Below, one piece after another: positions 19,865 to 26,849 of a stretch of DNA of 36,488 bases (positions within the stretch are counted from its first letter, which is position 1; every line of letters starts with the position of its first letter). The stretch is taken from IMG/VR virus record IMGVR_UViG_3300021076_000041. The stretch is one strand, 5' to 3'. Source of the stretch: a virus. The notes beneath the pieces were generated by a model. The model saw only the letters and a program-made list of their open reading frames with translations, made no database searches and was not told the DNA's origin. Position numbers and translations under genes: made by a program.

Positions 19865-20123
19865 ATGGCAATAAACAACACTACTGGCGCCTCCACCTCT
19901 ACCTCTACTCGGCGACCACACAACACACCACTATGGATTTCCCAATTTCGATAATGTTTCAAGACTCGAGTTTGCTATTGTGCTCGAAAGAATCGCCGAA
20001 ATCGAAAAGAGATTATGTATTCTCCAAGGTCCGGATCCAAAATCATTGGAAAGATTCCAGTCATTGAAGAGTGCATATGAGGATTATAAAATCATTGAAA
20101 AATTGGTAGGTGAAGATGAATAG
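19865..20123 (+). CDS. hypothetical protein; one frame break (not in the ORF track)
   Basis: ATG 19865. MAINNTTGASTSTST|GDHTTHHYGFPNFDNVSRLEFAIVLERIAEIEKRLCILQGPDPKSLERFQSLKSAYEDYKIIEKLVGEDE is read when C 19910 (ACT C GGC) is skipped. TAG 20121-20123. Confidence 0.45.
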
Positions 20124-21081
20124 GATATTAGTCACTGGCGGCTCGGGTTTTATTGGAAGTCAGATTGTAAAAAGTTTGGCAAATTATGGTCACGAGATAT
20201 TCGTTGTTGATAGAAAAATCAATCCTTGGACATATACTTATGTATCTTCGGATCATATCCATCAAGGTGATTTCTTAGAAGCATTTTCAATTCCAAATTT
20301 TGAATTTGATACTGTGATTCATTTGGCAGGTGACATTCTCGTAGAGCAAGGTGAATTTGATCCTAGCAAATATTATTCTAATAATGTGATGAAACTCAAA
20401 GAAATGCTTGATATCTTAGTTTCACGAAATGTCAAAAATATTATTTTCAGTAGCAGCGGAAGTGTCTATGGTAATCAGCAGAATAATTCATTGACTGAAG
20501 ATCTATTATATAATCCACAATGCACTTATGCTTCGACAAAGGTGGCCGGCGAATTACTTATCAAGGACTATTCCAGAGCACACGAGTTGAATTATGTGAT
20601 ATTCCGTTATTTTAATGCCTGTGGCGCTGATCCAGATACTGAATTTGGTTATATTCAATATCCAGCCACTCATATTATTCCAATTCTTTGTAATAAGATA
20701 AACAAGAATCAACCAATTGTAATTTATGGTAATACCTATCCTACATACGACGGAACTTGTGTTCGCGATTATGTTCATATACAGGACATTGCCAATGCTC
20801 ATCAGAAAGCCTTAGAATATTTGAATAATGGAAATAGAAGTGAGATATTTAACATTGGTGGTATTGCTGGTGAATTAACTGTAAAACAATTAGCAGAGAA
20901 TGCCTATATGATATTAAACCGATATCCAAATATTCAATATGCTTCTATGCGTTCCGGTGATGTTCCGAGATTGGTAGCCGATACCAATAAAGCAAGAAAC
21001 ATCTTAGGATGGGAACCAAAATATTCTATTGGTGAAATTCTTGATCATGCATGGAATTGGGAAGTTCGCTATCACGGTTGA
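20116..21081 (+). CDS. galE: NAD-dependent epimerase/dehydratase (UDP-glucose 4-epimerase-like)
   Basis: Rossmann motif VTGGSGFIGS, catalytic YASTKVAGE (YxxxK), and RYFNACG typical of GalE-type SDRs. ATG 20116 (the track uses GTG 20110). Confidence 0.7.
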   Translation: MNRILVTGGSGFIGSQIVKSLANYGHEIFVVDRKINPWTYTYVSSDHIHQGDFLEAFSIPNFEFDTVIHLAGDILVEQGEFDPSKYYSNNVMKLKEMLDILVSRNVKNIIFSSSGSVYGNQQNNSLTEDLLYNPQCTYASTKVAGELLIKDYSRAHELNYVIFRYFNACGADPDTEFGYIQYPATHIIPILCNKINKNQPIVIYGNTYPTYDGTCVRDYVHIQDIANAHQKALEYLNNGNRSEIFNIGGIAGELTVKQLAENAYMILNRYPNIQYASMRSGDVPRLVADTNKARNILGWEPKYSIGEILDHAWNWEVRYHG

Positions 21082-21118
21082 AAATGAGTTTGAAATTATC
21101 CTTATAAGAGAGAAAAGA

Positions 21119-21586
21119 ATGGCAACTGATATCACTTTTGATCACATTACATTGTTGGTCGAAACAATAGCAAGTCAATTACAATCAACTGATTTTATTC
21201 CTACTCTAGTAGTAGGTATTGCTCGTGGTGGTTTAATTCCGGGAGTGATGCTAAGTCATTATTTCGATTGTGGATTCACTTCATTGACCCCGACTAAGAC
21301 TGAGTATGTAGATCCATTGTGCGACTGTGATGAAATATATCAAATTATCAGTTCGGCACCAGGAAGTAGGATAGTCATTGTTGATGAAATTTGTGACACT
21401 GGATCTACTTTTGTTAAACTTCAGAAATGCTTTGACACAATTCCAAATTTGAATTTATCAAGAATTAAGACTGCCTCTTTACAGATGAGATATAATTCGA
21501 TATATATACCAGACTATATTGGTGAAGTAATTAACAATGCCGAATGGCAGAAGTATCCTTGGGAATTGACAAATGAAAGAAAATAA
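21119..21586 (+). CDS. purine phosphoribosyltransferase (Gpt/Hpt-like)
   Basis: VGIARGGLIPGVMLS and the PRPP-binding loop IVIVDEICDTGSTF. The C-terminal ..WQKYPWE resembles Gpt (..WIEQPWD). ATG 21119 lies inside track ORF 21029..21586. Confidence 0.65.
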   Translation: MATDITFDHITLLVETIASQLQSTDFIPTLVVGIARGGLIPGVMLSHYFDCGFTSLTPTKTEYVDPLCDCDEIYQIISSAPGSRIVIVDEICDTGSTFVKLQKCFDTIPNLNLSRIKTASLQMRYNSIYIPDYIGEVINNAEWQKYPWELTNERK

Positions 21587-21614
21587 CATCAAGAAAAGTT
21601 TATGGAGAACCCTA

Positions 21615-22157
21615 ATGCAAACCATTTTTAATACCGCGGCACCGATAAACCAACCTGCGGCATCAACCCCGACCACAGCATCAATCGCCACCACAATAAC
21701 ACCGCTCACCACGATGGCTACAACCGGTATAACACCTTATCCTCATAATACTGCTATCGTGTACAATACAGGGATTTCTCTTGGTTCACAGGCAGGCACT
21801 GTGTATAATTCCACATCAACGGCCTATACCGGGTATAATTATAATCCAACTACTTACATACCACTGCTAATCACTTCTTCGAATAACAAAGAGATTGTGA
21901 GAATAAATGACGACGGCTCAGTGACTTGGAATTCAGGGACCAATGAAGACGAAGCAATCAAATCTTTATCAAATGTATTCACTATTTCATATGAAAAAGC
22001 ATCAGGCATTACCGAAGGCACCAAAAGAAGAATGAGAGATTCCGTGTTTGAAGAATTGATTAGCATTGCCAAAGACTCGGGTGCATTGAGTGCTGAAGAC
22101 CTGGAATACATTCTGAGATGTAGTAAAATCGTGGAGAAACTCAAAGGTGTAGTTTAG
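21615..22157 (+). CDS. hypothetical Thr/Pro-rich protein
   Basis: RBS GGAGAA before ATG 21615 (track start 21573). Low-complexity T/A/P N-terminal half. Confidence 0.45.
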   Translation: MQTIFNTAAPINQPAASTPTTASIATTITPLTTMATTGITPYPHNTAIVYNTGISLGSQAGTVYNSTSTAYTGYNYNPTTYIPLLITSSNNKEIVRINDDGSVTWNSGTNEDEAIKSLSNVFTISYEKASGITEGTKRRMRDSVFEELISIAKDSGALSAEDLEYILRCSKIVEKLKGVV

Positions 22158-22175
22158 AAAATTACCAGACACCAC

Positions 22176-22204
22176 TTGACAGAATTCAGTAAATTTGCTA
22201 CACT
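22176..22204 (+). promoter_or_regulatory. sigma70-like promoter
   Basis: TTGACA (22176-22181), 17 nt spacer, TACACT (22199-22204). RBS AAAGGAGA precedes ATG 22249. Confidence 0.55.
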
Positions 22205-22248
22205 ATACAAATGCAATATAGGTCTGATCGATAAAAAGGAGAAACAGA

Positions 22249-22431
22249 ATGGATAAATTTTCCATAGCAGGACTAATCATCACTATAGTGATTAATGGTA
22301 TTATGGGATATATCGCCGGCGCATTATTTGGCTACGGCTACTGCGTACTCATCATTACTGCGATATTTGGTTTCGTTCTTGGATGGAACCTGCCATACAT
22401 TATCGGCGATTGGCTAAGGAATAAACAATGA
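22249..22431 (+). CDS. small membrane protein (2 TM-like)
   Basis: MDKFSIAGLIITIVINGIMGYIAGALFGYGYCVLIITAIFGFVLGWNLPYIIGDWLRNKQ. Confidence 0.55.
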   Translation: MDKFSIAGLIITIVINGIMGYIAGALFGYGYCVLIITAIFGFVLGWNLPYIIGDWLRNKQ

Positions 22432-22502
22432 TATTCCTTATTGTTGCCGTGGTGATATGCGTTTTGATAGGATGTTCTATTCTGTCGGATCCCAAAGAAT
22501 GA
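22428..22502 (+). CDS. possible 24-aa hydrophobic peptide
   Basis: ATGA overlap with the upstream stop. MIFLIVAVVICVLIGCSILSDPKE. Confidence 0.25.
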   Translation: MIFLIVAVVICVLIGCSILSDPKE

Positions 22503-22585
22503 AAGACATCTTTGAAATAATATCTGTCATTATTGCCTTAATTTGGATGATTTGGATGATTTTGAGCATATGTCACATTATCTGA
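22499..22585 (+). CDS. possible 28-aa hydrophobic peptide
   Basis: ATGA overlap. MKDIFEIISVIIALIWMIWMILSICHII. Confidence 0.25.
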   Translation: MKDIFEIISVIIALIWMIWMILSICHII

Positions 22586-22776
22586 TTTCTTATATTGTTG
22601 CTTTCATAGTGGCTGGGTCGGCCGTTGCTTTATACTGGTTGCCAAGTTGGATAGCGTTGAATAAGAATCATAAATATTTCGTTTCTCTATTCATAATAAA
22701 TATCCTTTTTGGATGGACAATAATAGGATGGATCTTTGTGGTATATTGGGCGTTCACTGAAAATGATGGGTGGTAG
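22570..22776 (+). CDS. superinfection-immunity-family membrane protein
   Basis: YWLPSWIALNKNHKYFVSLFIINILFGWTIIGWIFVVYWAF matches the YFLPsiiA..h....I.llN..lGWT.iGW..aliWA signature of the Imm_superinfect family. Confidence 0.6.
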   Translation: MSHYLISYIVAFIVAGSAVALYWLPSWIALNKNHKYFVSLFIINILFGWTIIGWIFVVYWAFTENDGW

Positions 22777-22781
22777 ATAAA

Positions 22782-22970
22782 ATGATAATTTCGTTACTAA
22801 TTCTGACGATGTGCCTGATAGGCATTTATTTCCTGCCATCAATTGTAGCAATTAGCACCTGGCATCAATACGCAGGAACAATTATGATAGTGAATTTATG
22901 TTTTGGATGGACACTTGTGGTCTGGGTTATATTGCTGCTATGGGCTCTGTACGGTAATGAAAATGCTTGA
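22782..22970 (+). CDS. superinfection-immunity-family membrane protein (tandem paralog)
   Basis: YFLPSIVAISTWHQYAGTIMIVNLCFGWTLVVWVILLLWAL carries the same signature. Confidence 0.6.
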   Translation: MIISLLILTMCLIGIYFLPSIVAISTWHQYAGTIMIVNLCFGWTLVVWVILLLWALYGNENA

Positions 22971-23022
22971 GGTACCGAGTTTGTTTCTAATGTGGGTTTC
23001 ATAATTTCTGAAAGGTAATACA

Positions 23023-23964
23023 ATGGATAAGGCAATTAGGCAGATTAAATATAGTGAAATTTTCTCCAGTTTTCAAGGTGAAGGCACTTATTGTGGAAAA
23101 CCAAGTCTGTGGGTTCGTCTTTGGTCGTGTAATTTTGAATGTAAGGGTTTCAGTCAGAAAGACATCAATGATCCATCCACTTGGACATTACCTTACCTTG
23201 ATGCTGATGTGAAAAAGATTACAAAATTGGAAGATTTGCCAGTCTTTCATACTGGGTGTGATAGTTCTTATTCTTGGGCGAAGAAATTTGGCCATCTTGC
23301 ACATAGTAATACTGCGCCGGAAATCGCCGAGAAGTTGATTGAACTTAACAAAACTATGTATAACCCAACCGGACATTTTGTTCACGAAGGATCACAACAA
23401 GAATCACATTTAGTATTCACAGGTGGTGAACCGATGATGAATCAGAGAGGCATAGTTGATATTGTTGAGTCATTGGCCGAGCTGAAAACCGCACCTGTGA
23501 AAATTACAATCGAAACAAATGGTACACGACCAATGAAAGACTTCTTCCAAACATTTCTCGAAGAACGATTTTACCGATATCAAGTAGTTGGCGGAATGAT
23601 GGATCAATCACGCGCTGCGAATGAGTTGTTTTGGAGCGTAAGTCCAAAACTTCACGCGAGTGGTGAAAAATGGGATGATGCTATCAAACCCGATGTTGTA
23701 GCAAAATACGCATATGAAAGTAGTCACGGTCAATTGAAATATGTTGTTGATGGTAGCACACGAACATGGGGCGAAGTCGATAGAGCAACAAAGATGTTTC
23801 GTGAAGAAGGTGTGGACTGGCCAGTGTGGATTATGCCGGTCGGTGCCGATGTAGAAATGCAGAATGAACACGCTGCTGAAATTACACGTGAAACTATCGC
23901 TCGTGGATACAATGTTTGTATTCGTGCTCACCTTTATCTACTTGGCAATGGAATGGGAACTTGA
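23023..23964 (+). CDS. queE: QueE-like radical-SAM enzyme (7-carboxy-7-deazaguanine synthase-like)
   Basis: EIFSSFQGEGTYCGKPSLWVRLWSCNFEC..HTGCDSSYSW matches the QueE N-terminal FxSxQGEG motif plus a split Cys cluster. FTGGEPMM (SAM site) and ITIETNGT are also present. Confidence 0.7.
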   Translation: MDKAIRQIKYSEIFSSFQGEGTYCGKPSLWVRLWSCNFECKGFSQKDINDPSTWTLPYLDADVKKITKLEDLPVFHTGCDSSYSWAKKFGHLAHSNTAPEIAEKLIELNKTMYNPTGHFVHEGSQQESHLVFTGGEPMMNQRGIVDIVESLAELKTAPVKITIETNGTRPMKDFFQTFLEERFYRYQVVGGMMDQSRAANELFWSVSPKLHASGEKWDDAIKPDVVAKYAYESSHGQLKYVVDGSTRTWGEVDRATKMFREEGVDWPVWIMPVGADVEMQNEHAAEITRETIARGYNVCIRAHLYLLGNGMGT

Positions 23965-23985
23965 ATTATAAAGATCTGATTATAG

Positions 23986-24201
23986 ATGAATGCTAATCTT
24001 CAATATAGAACTATATATCTGGTGCGTGGTCAAGGAACCGACGAGGCCCCCGATGCTTTTGTGCTTGAGGGTATTCTTCGAAGAGAATTTCCTGATGCCA
24101 TGTACGTCTATCGATATGATTTAATTACTTTCAGTTGTGAGGAAGATCTTTCATTCTTTATTTTAAAATATGGCGATATCTTTAAAAGATACTTCGAATG
24201 A
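23986..24201 (+). CDS. array paralog 1
   Basis: MNANLQYRTIYLVR..VLEGILRREFPDAMYVYRYDLITFSCEEDLSFFILKYGDIF.. It shares identical 30-nt and 58-nt stretches with paralog 2. Confidence 0.65.
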   Translation: MNANLQYRTIYLVRGQGTDEAPDAFVLEGILRREFPDAMYVYRYDLITFSCEEDLSFFILKYGDIFKRYFE

Positions 24202-24419
24202 ATCCATGTCTTCAATATAGAACTATATATCTGGTGCGTCAAGGAATGCCTCGAAGCATTTTTCCTGATGCCCCCGATGCGTGTGTGCTTGAGGATATAC
24301 TTCAAAGAGAATTTCCTGATGCTATGTATGTTTATCAAGAGGATTTAATTACTTTCAGTTGTGAGGAAGATCTTTCATTCTTTATTTTAAAATATGGCGG
24401 CATTTATGATAAATGCTAA
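24198..24419 (+). CDS. array paralog 2
   Basis: MNPCLQYRTIYLVR..VLEDILQREFPDAMYVYQEDLITFSCEEDLSFFILKYGGIY.. Confidence 0.65.
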   Translation: MNPCLQYRTIYLVRQGMPRSIFPDAPDACVLEDILQREFPDAMYVYQEDLITFSCEEDLSFFILKYGGIYDKC

Positions 24420-24636
24420 TCTTCAATATCAAACTACCTTTTTAGAATATGAAAAATATAATAGACCCAGCGCGGAGGTGCTTGAGGATATACTTCGAAG
24501 AGAATTTCCTGATGCCACTTATAAATTTATGGACGATATAATCACTTTCACAAATCAAGAAGACTTAGTCGCATTCATTCTTAAATATGACCACATCTAC
24601 CACGACACCTACTACGGCAATTTACCAACGATATGA
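24394..24636 (+). CDS. array paralog 3
   Basis: Likely start ATG 24406 (MINANLQYQ..). ..VLEDILRREFPDATYKFMDDIITFTNQEDLVAFILKYDHIY.. Confidence 0.65.
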   Translation: MAAFMINANLQYQTTFLEYEKYNRPSAEVLEDILRREFPDATYKFMDDIITFTNQEDLVAFILKYDHIYHDTYYGNLPTI

Positions 24637-24832
24637 ATTCTATACGCGAGCTATATTTCGTACGCTGCGCCAATGGGACGAAAAACTGGAACTAGAGAAG
24701 GATTTACTTGATATTCTGAACCGTGAATTTCCGGGTGCCAGATATTCCTATCAATGTGACATAATTTCATTCGAAGATAAAGATGATGCATTGGTATTTG
24801 TATTGAAATATGGGCATATCTATGGAAGATAA
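24587..24832 (+). CDS. array paralog 4
   Basis: ..LLDILNREFPGARYSYQCDIISFEDKDDALVFVLKYGHIYGR. Confidence 0.65.
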   Translation: MTTSTTTPTTAIYQRYEFYTRAIFRTLRQWDEKLELEKDLLDILNREFPGARYSYQCDIISFEDKDDALVFVLKYGHIYGR

Positions 24833-25019
24833 TAAGTATCGGACTTGTTGCATATACTACCATGCCGTGCTACCATGTGTTGGTGATTTACTTGATATCC
24901 TTCAAAGAGAGTTTCCGGGTGCTACTTATGAATTTACAGAAGATGTAATTACCTTTGCCAACCGTGATGATTTGGTAATCTTTATATTGAAATATGGGCA
25001 TATCTATGCGCCTAGATAA
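24810..25019 (+). CDS. array paralog 5
   Basis: Likely start ATG 24822 (MEDNKY..). ..LLDILQREFPGATYEFTEDVITFANRDDLVIFILKYGHIYAPR. Confidence 0.65.
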   Translation: MGISMEDNKYRTCCIYYHAVLPCVGDLLDILQREFPGATYEFTEDVITFANRDDLVIFILKYGHIYAPR

Positions 25020-25221
25020 GATCTTCGAGACTCGTGTCCTGAATATTTGGGAATATGCCACCGACGAGTTGTTGAAAATTCTCAGAAATGAATTTGCCAA
25101 TGCTGAATGGGAGTATATGGATAGTTATATTCTACCATTCTATAGAATCAAATTCGAAACCCCGGAAGATTTGGTTGTATTTATTCTGAAATACGGGCAT
25201 ATCTATGATGATGTCAAGTAA
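24994..25221 (+). CDS. array paralog 6
   Basis: Likely start ATG 25006. ..LLKILRNEFANAEWEY..RIKFETPEDLVVFILKYGHIYDDVK. Confidence 0.65.
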   Translation: MGISMRLDKIFETRVLNIWEYATDELLKILRNEFANAEWEYMDSYILPFYRIKFETPEDLVVFILKYGHIYDDVK

Positions 25222-25432
25222 AATAAAACGGTATGAAACAAGAGAATTCTACAATCGTGGATATAGACTACCACGATTGCTAAAGTTAATCCATGACGAA
25301 TTCCCTAAATCGAAATGGAAATTATTGAAGACGCGTGATGTGAAATATGTCACATGTAAAATACGATTTCGGGAATCCGAAGACCTCACAGTCTTTATTT
25401 TGAAATATGGGCATATCTATGGTAGAGAATAA
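25205..25432 (+). CDS. array paralog 7
   Basis: ..LLKLIHDEFPKSKWKL..CKIRFRESEDLTVFILKYGHIYGRE. Confidence 0.65.
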   Translation: MMMSSKIKRYETREFYNRGYRLPRLLKLIHDEFPKSKWKLLKTRDVKYVTCKIRFRESEDLTVFILKYGHIYGRE

Positions 25433-25616
25433 ATATCTCACAAGGCCAATATACCGGCAGGTTGGTGATTTGCCTCATGTCAAAGATTTGGTGGTTGTCT
25501 TAGATCAGGAGTTCGCTGGTGCAGAATATACTTATGCAAGTGATATTATCACTTTTGTGAATGAAGAAGATTTAGTAGCCTTCACATTGAAATACGGACA
25601 TATCTATGGCAAATGA
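25407..25616 (+). CDS. array paralog 8
   Basis: Likely start ATG 25419. ..LVVVLDQEFAGAEYTYASDIITFVNEEDLVAFTLKYGHIYGK. Confidence 0.65.
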   Translation: MGISMVENKYLTRPIYRQVGDLPHVKDLVVVLDQEFAGAEYTYASDIITFVNEEDLVAFTLKYGHIYGK

Positions 25617-25854
25617 AGATAAATATATATTTAATACAAACGTCCTGTGGTGGCAACCACCACAGTCAGACATTTACAAATTAATAGAAATTCTAAATGA
25701 TGAATTTCCGGGATCAAGCCGCGAAGATTGTGCAATATATCAAACACAAGGGAATCCATATGATCATATGCAATATCCATTCTCCAGAATTACATTCACT
25801 AACCAAGAAGACTTAACAGCCTTCATTCTTAAATACGGACATATATTCAAATGA
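25606..25854 (+). CDS. array paralog 9
   Basis: ..LIEILNDEFPGSS..FSRITFTNQEDLTAFILKYGHIFK. Confidence 0.65.
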   Translation: MANEDKYIFNTNVLWWQPPQSDIYKLIEILNDEFPGSSREDCAIYQTQGNPYDHMQYPFSRITFTNQEDLTAFILKYGHIFK

Positions 25855-26475
25855 AAAAACCACTCATACCATTCTCATTCTATCCTTATGCTTGGCGGCA
25901 CAAAGGGTAAAACTCGAGAAACGCTGAAAGCAGAATATGAATTAGAAGGATATGATTTAGATATTCGACTACTCGAGATTCACAAGGATACATTACCGGC
26001 CAATGTTTATCAAGGTAAATTGCTTGACATAGAATTTAAATATCTCAAAATATCATTAGGTGAATATCAAAGAGGATTGGCAAATCTAATTCAGGATGAG
26101 AAGAAAAAGAAAATCGCATTGCTTGAATTGGATTACAAAGAGAATAAGATATCAAGATTTAACTATGAAAAAGAAAGTGCCACCATTAATGACGAACCGT
26201 GGGTGGCAGTGGTCAAGTTAGAATTTGGAACAGAAAAAGCCGAAGAAGGTAGTTTTGAACTTGACTGGAATGATAAATTCATTGAGATGCTTGAAGACGC
26301 AGGATATATTGCTATGAAACCAGACCAAACTGTGAATCTTTGGTTTAGTGAAGTATGCAGAGCAGTGGCGCTTGAATCGTATGACGGTGTAGGAACTTTT
26401 ACTGAAGATTCTGAATATGCGTTAAATTCACAAGAAGGTGAAATAGTCCCGAAAGGTAAGAGAAATGTCAAGTAA
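25851..26475 (+). CDS. hypothetical protein inserted in the array; one frame break
   Basis: ATGA overlap at 25851. MKKPLIPFSFYPYAW|GTKGKTRETLKAEYELEG.. is read when C 25896 (TGG C GGC) is skipped. The track ORF begins at 25888. Unrelated to the array family. Confidence 0.5.
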
Positions 26476-26662
26476 TTCGTTTCGTGCTCGGTTTGTAGCT
26501 ACCCTCATAGAAGGTAATAAATTACAGGAATTATTGAATGCCGAATTCCAGGGGTCGAAGTATCACTGGTTGCAGGACATAATCCATTTTATAGATAGAG
26601 AAGATCTCTTAGCCTTCACATTGAAATACGGACATATCTATGGAAAAGATAATTTATTTTAG
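26465..26662 (+). CDS. array paralog 10
   Basis: ..LQELLNAEFQGSKYHWLQDIIHFIDREDLLAFTLKYGHIYGKDNLF. Confidence 0.65.
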   Translation: MSSNSFRARFVATLIEGNKLQELLNAEFQGSKYHWLQDIIHFIDREDLLAFTLKYGHIYGKDNLF

Positions 26663-26834
26663 AACAACCGCTCTTTATCCGAATTTTGAAAAGATTGCTA
26701 CATTATGCGAAATTTTGAGAATTGAATTTCCAGGTGCCAAGCACTTTCCAGTGAATAGAACAATTCATTTTATGGATAGAGAAGATCTCTTAGCCTTTAT
26801 ATTGAAATACGGACATATCTATGGACCAAAATAA
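26640..26834 (+). CDS. array paralog 11
   Basis: ..LCEILRIEFPGAKHFPVNRTIHFMDREDLLAFILKYGHIYGPK. Confidence 0.65.
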   Translation: MEKIIYFRTTALYPNFEKIATLCEILRIEFPGAKHFPVNRTIHFMDREDLLAFILKYGHIYGPK

Positions 26835-26849
26835 AAAAGAGGAACAACA

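Larger units (their letters stand above)
23986..26834 (+). repeat. tandem array of 11 paralogous small genes (9 + 2, interrupted by one unrelated gene)
   Basis: Each unit encodes ..L.(D/E)IL.REFPGA.Y.....DIITF...EDL.AFILKYGHIYG. The nucleotide motif GAAATA(T/C)GG(G/A)CATATCTATG recurs at unit junctions. Confidence 0.9.

Noticed and set aside
23986-26834. The periodic ~200-bp repeat structure could be a CRISPR array or a non-coding satellite.
   Set aside because: Units vary from 195 to 249 bp. Each is a complete ORF with a conserved protein motif and its own start codon. There are no short identical direct repeats separated by unique spacers and no cas genes.
23986-26834. The variable N-termini and constant C-termini might reflect a diversity-generating retroelement.
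   Set aside because: There is no reverse transcriptase and no template/variable repeat pair in the window. The differences are spread over whole units, as in ordinary paralog divergence.
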